A stretch of 64,000 nt of DNA from Myxococcota bacterium (GCA_040386535.1 JAZKFH010000008.1:199002-263001); one strand, 5' to 3'; shown: positions 27,713 to 38,397, counted from the stretch's first letter. Translations and numbers: made by a program. Notes: a model not told the origin generated them from the letters alone.

Positions 27713-28615
27713 GTGAGCGACGAGCAGAATGTCGTGCAGGTGCGCGTCCAGGTGATCGACATGAAGTCGTTCACCTTGGACCTGCAGGTGCCGACCTACC
27801 TGCCTGCGCGCGATCTGACGCAACGTGTCGCGCGCGACGCCGGCTTGGATTCGCATTGGGATGACGGTCGCCGTCGCTTGTATTGGTTGCGCGCGCGCGG
27901 ACGCCTCATGGGGGACGACGAGAAGCTCTCCGACCTCGGTGTCGTGAACAACGAGCTCGTGTACCTGCTCCCCGAGCCGCCGGCCGGCAGCGGTGTAATC
28001 GAGCAGCCGCCCGACTACCCGCAGACCCACGATTACGCCGGCGCCGGCACGCTCGCGTTGTTGGGTTCCCTGTCACTGGTGCTGCTGTGGGCGATTGGCT
28101 GGGGCATCGCGCTCTCCCAGGAACGCTCGCTGCTGGTCGTGTCATTGCCGGGCCTGGCGATGGGCATGTTCTGCACGTCGTTCGCGCGGCACGCCTGGGG
28201 CGGTGCCGGCAACCAGCTGCGCATCGTGGCCACCGGCCTGTTCATGCAGCTGATGATCACCATCATCGCGTTTCTGGCGCCGGTGCTGCTGGTCGGGGCG
28301 GACGTGCTCACGGTCTACCAGGAAAGCGTGCCCGGGCTGATCCTGGGGCTGCTCGGGGTGTTCATCGGGTGGCTGGCGTGGTGGGGCGCGGTCGAGCCGC
28401 TTCCCCCCAAGCAACAGCAACAGGTCGAGCAGGCGCCCCAGGTCATGGCGACCGTGCCGTGTGGCGTGTGTGGGCTCGGCGTCGAGCAGAAGGTGCGCGT
28501 GGAGTGTCAGTACGCGTGCGGCCAATACTTCCACCAGGGCTGCTACAAAGCCAAGGTGGCGGTCTACCGCGGTGACAAATCCAAGTGTGCGATCTGCACG
28601 CGCAGGGTCGCGTAG
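27713..28615 (+). CDS. EsaB/YukD-like ubiquitin-fold + 4 TM + C4HC3 zinc-finger membrane protein
   Basis: FTLDLQVPTYLP...LMGDDEKLSDLGVVNNELVYLL; four hydrophobic helices; C-x2-C-x11-C-x3-C-x4-H-x2-C-x14-C-x2-C. Confidence 0.8.
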   Translation: MSDEQNVVQVRVQVIDMKSFTLDLQVPTYLPARDLTQRVARDAGLDSHWDDGRRRLYWLRARGRLMGDDEKLSDLGVVNNELVYLLPEPPAGSGVIEQPPDYPQTHDYAGAGTLALLGSLSLVLLWAIGWGIALSQERSLLVVSLPGLAMGMFCTSFARHAWGGAGNQLRIVATGLFMQLMITIIAFLAPVLLVGADVLTVYQESVPGLILGLLGVFIGWLAWWGAVEPLPPKQQQQVEQAPQVMATVPCGVCGLGVEQKVRVECQYACGQYFHQGCYKAKVAVYRGDKSKCAICTRRVA

Positions 28616-28618
28616 CCC

Positions 28619-29065
<447 letters not shown>

Positions 29066-29170
29066 GTCGGGTCTCCAGGGGAGGAGGCTCGGCGCTGTGC
29101 CCGAGCCGCCCCGAATCTGTGACCCAGCTGGCGTACGTCCAGTGGTTGAACGCCCGGAAGGCTCGAATGC

Positions 29171-29785
29171 CTACTCGGGCGCCCCGTCGAAGCGGCCGGT
29201 GACCGCGAGCGTGGTGTCCGTCGCCGAGAGGGTACCGGCAAAGGTGCCGGCCAGGTTGGGCGCGCGGCTGCCCGTCCACGGGAGGTCCCCGGTGGCTCCC
29301 AACGTGAAGCTCAGCGTGCCCGCCGCCGTCTCGTCTCCCGCGATCGTGCCGTTCACGGTGGCCGCGAGCCCGGCCGGGTACGTGGCGGCGAGCGCGCCCG
29401 AGAACGTGCAGGTGCCCGTGCCCGAGACGATGTCGGAGACCACCCGGAGGCTGATGGTCCCCGCGCATCGGTCCACGGTGCCCGACGCGTCGGTGGCATC
29501 GACCTCGAAGGGGCCGATGTAGCCCAGGTCGCCGCCCGTGTCGCCGGTGTCGGTATCCACGTCCGTGTCGGAGTCGGTGTCCGCGTCGGTGTCGGCATCG
29601 GTGTCGGTGTCCGAGTCCGCGTCGGAGTCCGCGTCGGAGTCGGCGTCGGTGTCGGCGTCGGAGTCCGCGTCGGTGTCGGTCGGGGTCCCGTCCTCGCCCT
29701 CTTGTCCACCGAGCTCCCACCCGGCCGCGCACCCCGCCAGGAGCGCCCAGGCGAGCAGGGGGAGCGAGAAGCAGACGATTCGCAC
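29171..29785 (-). CDS. Lipoprotein with Asp-(Thr/Ala/Ser) repeat linker
   Basis: Lipobox LLAGC after a GTG start at 29785; DTDADSDAD repeats; beta-rich C-terminal domain. Confidence 0.7.
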   Translation of the reverse strand: MRIVCFSLPLLAWALLAGCAAGWELGGQEGEDGTPTDTDADSDADTDADSDADSDADSDTDTDADTDADTDSDTDVDTDTGDTGGDLGYIGPFEVDATDASGTVDRCAGTISLRVVSDIVSGTGTCTFSGALAATYPAGLAATVNGTIAGDETAAGTLSFTLGATGDLPWTGSRAPNLAGTFAGTLSATDTTLAVTGRFDGAPE

Positions 29786-29909
29786 GGGTTCCTCCGGGGC
29801 GGCACCCCAGCTACAGGGTGCCCTCCCGCGGCGGGATCCGCAAGCGCGGTTCCGCACGAACCATCCCGCACTTGCCCGCGGCTTGGTGCAGATTCGCTAT
29901 AGTGGCGGG

Positions 29910-30899
29910 ATGGATTTTGATCGTATCGCCCGGGATCTGCTCGTCGCGCTCAGGGGCAGGCGCTCACAAGTGGCGTGGTCGCGGCGCCTCGGGTACCGCA
30001 GCAACGTCGCGTACGCGTGGGAGAGCGGGAGCCGGAGCCCCACCGCGGCGGAGACCTTCCGGGCAGCGCGTCGTGCCGGCGTCGACCTCTCGGCGGCGTT
30101 GACCCGCTTCTACGGCCGCCCGCCCGCGTGGCTCGACGCGCTCGATCCCGCGACCCCCGAGGCCGTGGCGCGGCTCCTCGACGATCTGCGTGGGAGCACG
30201 TCCATCACCGACCTCGCCCGCCGCAGCGGCCTCTCCCGCTACTCCCTGTCGCGCTGGCTCGCCGGCCAGACCCAGCCCCGCCTCGCGGAGTTCCTCCAGC
30301 TCGTCGAGGCCGCGAGCGTCCGCATGGTCGATCTGCTCGCCGTGCTGGTCGACCCCGCCACGATGCCGTCGGTGACGGAGTTCTGGACGCGCCTCGAGGC
30401 CCGGCGCAGGGGCGCGGCCGAATTCCCCTGGACCCAGGCCGTCGTGCGCGCGCTCGAGCTCGACGCCTACCGCCAACTCCCAGCGCACGAGCCCGGCTGG
30501 ATCGCCGCGCGCCTCGGCATGCCCGCCGAGGAGGAGGAGCGTTGCCTCGCGTTCCTGTGTGACACCGGGCAGGTGACCCGCACCGGGCCGCACTACCAGG
30601 TGGAAGCCCTCGCCGTCGACACCCGCCGCCATCCGGACATCGGCCGGCGGCTCAAGGCGCATTGGACCCGCGTGGCGGCCGACCGGGTCGAGCGCGAGGC
30701 GCCCGGGCAGTTCTCCTACAACGTGTTCACGGTGTCCGAGGCCGACTTCGAGCGCATCCGGGAACTGCACCTCGCCTACTTCCACGCCCTGCGCGCCATC
30801 GTCGCCGAGTCGGAGCCCGGAGAGTGTGTGGCCGTCGCGAACGTACAGCTGTTCGCGCTCGACGCTACTCGAGCAGGTACGTCTGGAAGAACAGGGTAG
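29910..30899 (+). CDS. XRE-HTH / DUF4423-like transcriptional regulator
   Basis: Two HTH motifs (SQVAWSRRLGY..VAYAWESG; SITDLARRSGLSRYSLSRWLAG), FSYNVFTVSEADF, VANVQLF. Confidence 0.8.
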   Translation: MDFDRIARDLLVALRGRRSQVAWSRRLGYRSNVAYAWESGSRSPTAAETFRAARRAGVDLSAALTRFYGRPPAWLDALDPATPEAVARLLDDLRGSTSITDLARRSGLSRYSLSRWLAGQTQPRLAEFLQLVEAASVRMVDLLAVLVDPATMPSVTEFWTRLEARRRGAAEFPWTQAVVRALELDAYRQLPAHEPGWIAARLGMPAEEEERCLAFLCDTGQVTRTGPHYQVEALAVDTRRHPDIGRRLKAHWTRVAADRVEREAPGQFSYNVFTVSEADFERIRELHLAYFHALRAIVAESEPGECVAVANVQLFALDATRAGTSGRTG

Positions 30900-32790
30900 T
30901 GGCGTTGTTGAGGTAGTCGCGGTTGGACTTGCGCCGGAACCCGTGCCCCTCGTCGGCGGCCAGCAGGTACCACACCTCGCCCCCGTTGCCCCGCACCGTG
31001 CGGACCATCTGCTCCGCCTCGTTCATCGGCACCCGCGGGTCATTCTTGCCCTGGACGACGAACAACGGATCGCGGATGCGCGCGGCGTTGGTGGTCGGCG
31101 AGATGCTCTCGAGGAACGCCCGCATGTCGGGATCCCGCTCGTCGCCGTACTCGACCCGGCGCAGATCGCGCCGATACGCCTCGGTGCGCTCGAGGAACGT
31201 CACGAAGTTGGAGATGCCGACGGAGTCGAGGCCGCAGCGCAGCCGGTCGGCGTAGTGGATCATCGACGCGAGGACCATGTACCCGCCGTAGGAGCCGCCC
31301 ATGACCCCGACGCGGTCCTTGTCGAGGCCGGGTTGGGTCGCAATCCAATCGAGCACCGCGCCGATGTCCTTGACCGAGTCCTCGCGCTTCTTGCCATTGT
31401 CGAGGGTGACATAGGTCTTGCCGTAGCCGGTCGATCCCCGCACGTTGGGTGACACCACCGCGATGCCCAGCTCGTTCACGAAGTACTGGGCCTGCGCGTT
31501 GAAGCGGTCGCTCGACTGCCCCTCGGGGCCGCCGTGGATGGTGATCACCACCGGGACGGGGCCCTTCGCGTCGCGCGGGCGGTACACGAAGGCGGGCACC
31601 TTCGTGCCGTCGAACGAGGGGATGCTCACGAGGTCCGGCGTCACGAACGTGGCCGGATCGAGCCCGCCGACCTCGGAGCTCGTCCAGCGGGTCACCTTGG
31701 CGCGCTTGACCTCGACCATGTACACATCGGAGGTGGTCTGGGCGGTCGAGATCGAGACCGCCAGGCGCGTGCCGGCGGGGTCGAAGCTGAACCCGCCGAC
31801 GACGCCGGGCGGCAGCGCCACGCGCGTGCGACGCGTCGGATTGGACGCGGGCGCGAGGTAGAGCGCGGAACGGCCGCCCTCGTTGACGCTGAACGCGAGG
31901 CGTTTGCCGTCGCGCGAGAGGGTGAGGGCCTCGACGTCCCAGTCGATGTCGGGCGTGAGGGAGGTCTTCACGCCCGTGGCGAGGTCGTGCCGGACCAGCC
32001 GCTGGTACTCGGTGTTCTCGTCGGACGTGTAGAGCACGGCGGCGCCGTCGGCGGTGAACGCGGCGTCACCATAGGCGACGGGCGTGGCGGAGGGGTTCAG
32101 CTCGGTCACGCCGCCCGTGGCGAGGTCGAGCACGTGGAGGCTCGAGTCGGTGACCGAGACCCGGTGGTGGAGGAGGAGCCGGGTGTCGTCGGGCGACCAG
32201 TCCACGGCGCTCCACATGCCGTCGACCTCGTGCACGAGCTTCGCGCTGGTGGGGTCCTTCGGGTCCATCGTCCAAATGTCGAAGTCTTCCCGGTTGCGAC
32301 GGGTGGACGAGTAGGCGAAGCGCCCGCCCGCGGTCGCCCAGGGGCCCCGCTCGTTGCGGGACGCGCCGTCCGTGAGCAACGTGGCCTGGCCGGAGCGCAG
32401 GTCGTGCCGGTAGAGCTGCCAGTTCTCGGCGCCGCCCGCGTCCTTGGCGAGCAGGATCGTCGTCGCGTCTCCCGTCGGATCGTAGCTGGCACCGGCGACG
32501 GGCTCGGTGAAGAACGTGAGCTGGCGACGGTCCGCGCCGGGGCCCACCACCGTGTGGACTTGGTTCGTCTCGCCGAAGCGCGTACTCACGAGGATGGAGC
32601 CGCCGTCGGGCGCCCACCCGAGGAGCGAGGCGCCACGCACGTTGTTGTATTGGCGGGCGCGCTCGGTGATCGTGTCGGGGATGGGAGGCACCCCGTCGAT
32701 GGTCAGCGCGCCTTCCTGGCGCGGCCCGACCGGCGGAGGTCCAGGCTCGACGGCGGCGGCCTGGAGCGAGAGGAGGAAGGGGAGCAGCAT
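30865..32790 (-). CDS. S9 family (prolyl oligopeptidase-like) peptidase
   Basis: Signal peptide, beta-propeller, IHGGP, GGSYGG nucleophile, NDPRVP, DEGHGF. Confidence 0.93.
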   Translation of the reverse strand: MLLPFLLSLQAAAVEPGPPPVGPRQEGALTIDGVPPIPDTITERARQYNNVRGASLLGWAPDGGSILVSTRFGETNQVHTVVGPGADRRQLTFFTEPVAGASYDPTGDATTILLAKDAGGAENWQLYRHDLRSGQATLLTDGASRNERGPWATAGGRFAYSSTRRNREDFDIWTMDPKDPTSAKLVHEVDGMWSAVDWSPDDTRLLLHHRVSVTDSSLHVLDLATGGVTELNPSATPVAYGDAAFTADGAAVLYTSDENTEYQRLVRHDLATGVKTSLTPDIDWDVEALTLSRDGKRLAFSVNEGGRSALYLAPASNPTRRTRVALPPGVVGGFSFDPAGTRLAVSISTAQTTSDVYMVEVKRAKVTRWTSSEVGGLDPATFVTPDLVSIPSFDGTKVPAFVYRPRDAKGPVPVVITIHGGPEGQSSDRFNAQAQYFVNELGIAVVSPNVRGSTGYGKTYVTLDNGKKREDSVKDIGAVLDWIATQPGLDKDRVGVMGGSYGGYMVLASMIHYADRLRCGLDSVGISNFVTFLERTEAYRRDLRRVEYGDERDPDMRAFLESISPTTNAARIRDPLFVVQGKNDPRVPMNEAEQMVRTVRGNGGEVWYLLAADEGHGFRRKSNRDYLNNATTLFFQTYLLE

Positions 32791-32843
32791 CCGGGGAATG
32801 TGGCACGCCCAACGCGAGGAGGCACCCTCGCTCGGAGGCCGGC

Positions 32844-35429
32844 TCACCCGAAGAGGGCCCACGCGACCGCGAGCGCGACGATCACGACGGCCGCGAGCCC
32901 CAGCCAGACGCCGCGTCGGGGCGCGTCGGGGCCGAGGTCCATGTCGCGGGACCGTCCGGAGGGCAAACCCGCGAGCAGCACCTCGACGTCCCGGCCCGAC
33001 TCGGTCCACTTGCCGGGCCCCTTCTCGCCCTCCCGCGCGGAGCTGTTGGTGATGCCGACCGCGCCTGTCCACCGGGGCACCGCGGGTGCCGGGGCGTGGT
33101 CCTCCCGACGGGGCGGGAGCCCCGCGAGGATGTCCGTGGGCTCCCGCGGCGGCGTGGTCCACTTCCCCGGGCCCTTCTCGTGCTCGCGCGTCGCGTCGCC
33201 GGTGACGGGGGTGGCGTCGGACCAGCGGGGGCCCGTGGCGGGCTCGGGTGGCGGGAGGGCGGCGAGGCGCGCGGCTTCGGCGCGGGTGGCTTCGGCGCGT
33301 GCGGCTTCGGCGCGTGCGGCTTCGGCGCGTGCGGCTTCGGCGCGTGCGGCTTCCGCGAGGCGGGCCTCCTCGGCGATGCGCGCTTCTTCGGCGATGCGCG
33401 CTTCTTCGACGCGTGTGGCTTCCGCGACTCGTGCTGCTTCTGCGACCCGGGCCCCTTCGGCGAAGCGGGCTTCTTCGGCGACGCGCGCTTCTTCGGCGAC
33501 GCGCGCTTCTTCGGCGACGCGCGCTTCTTCCGCGACTCGTGCTGCTTCTGCGACCCGGGCCTCTTCGGCGACGCGCGCTTCTTGGGCGAGACGGGCCTCT
33601 TCGGCGACGCGGACCTCTTCGGCGATGCGCGCTTCTTCGGTGATGCGCGCTTCTTCGGCGCGTGTGGCTTCCGCGACTCGTGCTGCTTCTGCGACCCGGG
33701 CCTCTTCGGCGACGCGCGCTTCTTCGGCGACGCGGACCTCTTCGGCGACGCGGACCTCTTCGGCGACGCGCTCCTCGTCGGCGACGCGGGCTTCTTCGGC
33801 GACACGGGCTTCTTCAGCCAGCCGCGCCAGCTCGGCGACACGGGCCTCTTCGGCGACACGGGCTTCTTCGGCCAGCCTCGCCAGCTCGGCGACCCGGGCC
33901 TCTTCGGCGCGCGCCTCCTCGGCAAGTCGGATCTCGTCCGCCAGGCGCGCCGCTTCGGCGAGGCGACGAGCGTCGGCAACGCGCGTCTCCTCGGCCAGAC
34001 GCGCCACCTCGGCGAGCCGGACTTCTTCGGCGCGTCGCGCCTCTTCCGCCACACGTACGAGCTCAGCGACGCGCGCTACCTCGGCGAGCCGGACTTCCTC
34101 GGCGCGTCGCGCCTCATCAGCAAGCCGAGCTTCCTCGGCCCGTTCCTCAGCTACCCGAGCCTCCTCGGCGACCCGCGTCGCTTCAGCCAGCCGCACGACC
34201 TCAGCGCCCCGCGCCTCCTCCGCAACCCCCCCGTCCTCCGCGACCCCGTCCTCCCCAACCCCGTCCTCCTCCCCCACCAGGAACAGCTCCTCCTCCGGGG
34301 CCTCGATCACCACGGCGTCGGCCGCGTCCCCCACGTCCACCACCAACGGGGCGCGGCGCGTCACCTCGATCCCGCCCCGCTTCGGCGGGCTGATGACCGT
34401 ACGCTCGGCCGCGGCGCGCGCTTCGAGCTCCGCGATGCGCGCCTCGGCGAGCCGACGGCGGTCGGCCTCCTCGGCGCGACGACGCGTGCGCGAGGCCTCC
34501 AGGAGCACGTCCCGATCGCGCGCGGCCTGCTCGCGGGCGGCCTCCACGGTCGATCGCTCGGTCGTGAGGCGTACACGCTCGGCCTCCACCCAGGCGTCGG
34601 CCGCTGCTCGCTCGTGCTCATACCGACGCGCACGATCCCGCTCGAGCTGGCGGTCGAGCTGCGCCCGGACGTCCGCCGCGTTCCCCCGCGGCGTACCCTC
34701 GCGGCGCGCTGCCCCCCCCCTCGCCCCACTCGACCCAGTCGCCGCGGTCTCCTCGGGCTCGTTCGGCGCGGGCTCCACGTCGATGTCGCCCACCTGCGGC
34801 AGGCGGACGTTGTTCTCTGCCAACCACGTCTGCAGCGCGGCCTCGTACGGCACGCCGCCCCCGACCGCGGCGAGCGCCTGTCGGGCGGCGCGGGCGTCGC
34901 GGAAGCCCACGCGCGGGGCGTTCACGCCGAGGCCGAGGAGCCAGAGCGGCGCGCGGTCCACGCCGGCGGCGATCAGGGACGCGGGGGAGACCAGGGTGGT
35001 CACGATCGTGCCGAGGGCCTCGATGTCGGAGACGCGGCGGGGGCCCGGCGGCGCGGGCGCGTGGAGCACCGGGCGGATCCGGAACCAGCCCTCGGCGTCG
35101 AACCCCCAGCCCTCGAGGGCGAGCCCGCCGTGGGCCCCGCCGAGGCCGTGGACCTGTTCGAGGTCGGCCAGCACCCGTGCGATCAGCCCGAGCGTCGCGA
35201 TCGGGCCCGGCGCGGCCTCGACCAGGCGGCGGGCCAGGGGCGGGCCGAGCAGGAGGCGCTCTCCCTCGATCGTGCACGGCGCGAACACGCCGCCCCGCGG
35301 CACCTGCGCCGCCCGACCGGGCGGGAGCTCCAGCACCTCGACGAGGCGCGCGTGCCCGTCGCGGACCAGCAGGCGGCGCACGCCGGGCACCGAGGACGGC
35401 AACGATTGGACGAGGGGGGCCGGCGGCAT
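32844..35429 (-). CDS. Membrane-anchored coiled-coil protein with EEAR(V/L)A repeats and a degenerate kinase-like N-terminus
   Basis: About 300 aa of 6-residue EEARVA repeats, C-terminal TM helix, LEQVHGLGGAHGGL segment; start 35429 or 35438. Confidence 0.75.
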   Translation of the reverse strand: MPPAPLVQSLPSSVPGVRRLLVRDGHARLVEVLELPPGRAAQVPRGGVFAPCTIEGERLLLGPPLARRLVEAAPGPIATLGLIARVLADLEQVHGLGGAHGGLALEGWGFDAEGWFRIRPVLHAPAPPGPRRVSDIEALGTIVTTLVSPASLIAAGVDRAPLWLLGLGVNAPRVGFRDARAARQALAAVGGGVPYEAALQTWLAENNVRLPQVGDIDVEPAPNEPEETAATGSSGARGGAARREGTPRGNAADVRAQLDRQLERDRARRYEHERAAADAWVEAERVRLTTERSTVEAAREQAARDRDVLLEASRTRRRAEEADRRRLAEARIAELEARAAAERTVISPPKRGGIEVTRRAPLVVDVGDAADAVVIEAPEEELFLVGEEDGVGEDGVAEDGGVAEEARGAEVVRLAEATRVAEEARVAEERAEEARLADEARRAEEVRLAEVARVAELVRVAEEARRAEEVRLAEVARLAEETRVADARRLAEAARLADEIRLAEEARAEEARVAELARLAEEARVAEEARVAELARLAEEARVAEEARVADEERVAEEVRVAEEVRVAEEARVAEEARVAEAARVAEATRAEEARITEEARIAEEVRVAEEARLAQEARVAEEARVAEAARVAEEARVAEEARVAEEARVAEEARFAEGARVAEAARVAEATRVEEARIAEEARIAEEARLAEAARAEAARAEAARAEAARAEATRAEAARLAALPPPEPATGPRWSDATPVTGDATREHEKGPGKWTTPPREPTDILAGLPPRREDHAPAPAVPRWTGAVGITNSSAREGEKGPGKWTESGRDVEVLLAGLPSGRSRDMDLGPDAPRRGVWLGLAAVVIVALAVAWALFG

Positions 35430-35527
35430 GGCGCGCATCTTATGTCGCCGGGCCGCCAATGCGGGATGAGAGGCGCGGCGTCCACCTTTTGGGTGCCGGC
35501 GGGCGGCCCGGTGCTAAGCTCGGACCC

Positions 35528-38302
35528 ATGCGGTGGCTGTGGACCTTCCTGCTCGCCGGATGCGCGGCCGAGAAGCCGGACACGGGCGGCGCGCCGGTCC
35601 CGCCGTGGCTCCAGGACGACGACGGCGACACGTTCACCGCCGACCAGGATTGCGACGACGCCGACGCTGCCGTCCATCCCGGGGCCCCCGAGGTGTGTGA
35701 CGGGCGCGACCAGGACTGCGATCTGGAGATCGACGAGGACGCGCTCGACGCGGTCACCCGCTACCCCGACGACGACGGCGACGGCGCCTACGACCGCTAC
35801 GCCAGCCCCTCCTGCGATCCGCCGCCCGGCGCGTCCGAGCCCGGCACCGACTGCGACGACAACGATGCCGCCGTGTTCCCTGGGGCCACCGAGCGCTGCA
35901 ACGGCGTGGACGACGACTGCGACGGCGAGCGCGACGAGGACACCGAGCTCGACGCCGTCAATTGGTACGGCGACGCCGACGGCGACGGGTTCGGCGACCC
36001 CGCCGCGACCGTGCTGGCCTGCGCCGCGCCCGTCGGCTCCGTGGCGGACGCCACCGACTGCGACGATAGGGCGGCCGGCACGTTTCCGGGGGCGCCCGAG
36101 CGGTGTGACGGTGCCGACAACGACTGTGACGGGGGGGTGGACGAGGATCCCGAGTCCGCCACGACCTGGTACGCGGATCGTGACGGCGACACTTACGGGG
36201 ACGCGGGCACCGCCGAGGAGGCATGCGCCCGCCCCGAGGGCTCCACGCGTGACGCCACGGACTGTGACGACACCGATGTGTACACGCATCCCGGCGCCCA
36301 CGAACAATGTGGCGGAGGCGACGAGGACTGTGACGGCACGACCGACGAGTCCGACGCGGCCGACGCGCCGACCTGGTACCCCGACGGCGACGCGGACGGC
36401 TACGGCGCGGACACCCGCACGAGCCGGTCCTGCCGCGCCCCCGCGGCGCACAGCTCCACCGGCGGCGACTGTGACGATGGCGACGCCACGATCTCGCCCG
36501 CGGCCACGGAGACCTGCGACGAGGTGGACGAGGACTGCGACGGCGCGGTGGACGAAGACGCGGGCGACGCGACGGCCTGGTACCTCGACGGGGACGGCGA
36601 CGGCTTCGGCGACCCGGCGACGCGGACCGAGACCTGCGGCGCCCCGGCGGGCCACGTCGCGGACGGGAGCGATTGCGACGATGCCGAGGCCGACACCTTT
36701 CCCGGCGCGATCGAGGCGTGTGACGGCGCCGATGACGACTGCGACGGCACGGTGGACGAGGCCGACGCGATCGACACCACCGCGTGGTACGTCGATGACG
36801 ACGCGGACGGGTACGGCGACGCCGCGGTCGCCACCCTCGCGTGCGACGCCCCGGCCGGGATGGTCGCGCTCTCCGGCGACTGCGACGACACCAGCGGCGT
36901 CGTGAACCCCGGGCGTTCGGAGACCTGCAACGACGGGCTCGACAACGACTGCGACGGGGGGGACGACGGCTGTATCCGCGTCGGCGCCACCGATCTGGAG
37001 ACGGTGTACCAGGCGCGGGTGGTCGGGGCGGTCGCCCACGACCTCGTGGGCCGGTCGATCGCGCACGTCGGCGACGTGGACCGGGACGGCACGCCCGACC
37101 TCGCCCTGGGCGTGTACGGCCTCGACGAGGTGTGGCTGGTGCACGGCGTACCCTTCGGAGAGCTCGGCCCCTTCGACGTGCACGGGGCCTTCGTCGGCGC
37201 CGCGGGCGAGGGCTGGGGCGGCGCGGTCGCCGGGGTCGGGGACACGGACGGAGACGGCTACGACGATGTCCTCCTCGGCGCGGCAGGCGCGGGCGCGGCG
37301 TGCCTGCTCCCCGGGCCCTGGGACCCGGTGGAGGACGAGCGGGACGCGACGCTGCGGCTCGAAGGGGAGGGCTCCTCCAGCGGCGTCGGGGACGTGTTTG
37401 CCGGGGCCGGAGATCTCGACGGCGACGGCCTCACCGATCTCGTGATCGGGGCGCCGCGCGCCGACGGCACGTACGCCTACGGCGGTGTCGCCTACGTGGT
37501 CTACGGCGGCGGGTCCGGTACGCTCGACCTCGGCACGGCGGACGGCGCGGTCCTCGGCGCGTTCACCTACGCCACCCTCGGCGACGCCGTCGCGGGCGTC
37601 GGCGATGTCGACGGGGACGGCCTCGATGACCTGCTCGTCGGGTCTCCGGGCGACCGCACGGCGGCCGTGCTCGCGGGCGCGGCGTACCTCGTGCTCGGGC
37701 CCGCGTCGGGCACCCGCGAGGCGGCCGCGGCGGACGCGATCTTCCTCGGCGAGCGCACCTACGATCTGGCGGGCAGCGCGGTCGCCGGGGCGGGCGACAC
37801 CGACGGAGACGGCGCCCTGGAGCTGCTCGTGGGCGCGGAGTACCACGACGGCGGCGGCGCCAACGGGGGCGCGGCCTACCTCCTCCGCGGGCCCTTTGCC
37901 GGCACCTCCTCGCTCGCCGCGGCCGCGGCAGGGGTCGTCGGCGCCGCGGCGGGGGACCTCGCCGGGTCCGCTGTGGCTGGGGCGGGCGACTTTGACGGCG
38001 ACGGCTTCGACGACTGGATGGTTGGCGCGTGGCCGAGCGATCTCGGCGGCGAGTCGGCGGGCGCGGTCTTCCTGCTCTACGGCCCCGGCCCGTGGAGCGC
38101 GGACCTCGGCGCCGCCGACCTCGTCCTGCGCGGCACGCCCGGCGCCCAGGCCGGCTTCTCCCTCTCAGGCGGCGCCGGCGCGTGGGGCACGGGCGATCTG
38201 ACCGGGGACGGCCTCGACGATCTGCTCGTCGGAGCCCCGGCGGACGCCGCGCCCGGCCCCGCCACCGGCGCAGGCTACCTCGTGGCCGGGCAGGGCCTGT
38301 AG
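35528..38302 (+). CDS. Lipoprotein with Cys/Asp putative metal-binding (MopE-like) repeats and an FG-GAP/integrin-alpha propeller
   Basis: LLAGC lipobox; repeated DCDD..PGA.E.CDG.D.DCDG; GDLDGDGLTDLVIGAP FG-GAP repeats. Confidence 0.88.
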   Translation: MRWLWTFLLAGCAAEKPDTGGAPVPPWLQDDDGDTFTADQDCDDADAAVHPGAPEVCDGRDQDCDLEIDEDALDAVTRYPDDDGDGAYDRYASPSCDPPPGASEPGTDCDDNDAAVFPGATERCNGVDDDCDGERDEDTELDAVNWYGDADGDGFGDPAATVLACAAPVGSVADATDCDDRAAGTFPGAPERCDGADNDCDGGVDEDPESATTWYADRDGDTYGDAGTAEEACARPEGSTRDATDCDDTDVYTHPGAHEQCGGGDEDCDGTTDESDAADAPTWYPDGDADGYGADTRTSRSCRAPAAHSSTGGDCDDGDATISPAATETCDEVDEDCDGAVDEDAGDATAWYLDGDGDGFGDPATRTETCGAPAGHVADGSDCDDAEADTFPGAIEACDGADDDCDGTVDEADAIDTTAWYVDDDADGYGDAAVATLACDAPAGMVALSGDCDDTSGVVNPGRSETCNDGLDNDCDGGDDGCIRVGATDLETVYQARVVGAVAHDLVGRSIAHVGDVDRDGTPDLALGVYGLDEVWLVHGVPFGELGPFDVHGAFVGAAGEGWGGAVAGVGDTDGDGYDDVLLGAAGAGAACLLPGPWDPVEDERDATLRLEGEGSSSGVGDVFAGAGDLDGDGLTDLVIGAPRADGTYAYGGVAYVVYGGGSGTLDLGTADGAVLGAFTYATLGDAVAGVGDVDGDGLDDLLVGSPGDRTAAVLAGAAYLVLGPASGTREAAAADAIFLGERTYDLAGSAVAGAGDTDGDGALELLVGAEYHDGGGANGGAAYLLRGPFAGTSSLAAAAAGVVGAAAGDLAGSAVAGAGDFDGDGFDDWMVGAWPSDLGGESAGAVFLLYGPGPWSADLGAADLVLRGTPGAQAGFSLSGGAGAWGTGDLTGDGLDDLLVGAPADAAPGPATGAGYLVAGQGL

Positions 38303-38397
38303 GGGACGCCCGCTGAACGCCGACTGAGGCGGATCCGCTCGGATCGGACGATCCCGACGCGCTCGATCCGCTATCATTCCGCCGCCCGAGGTTCGCC

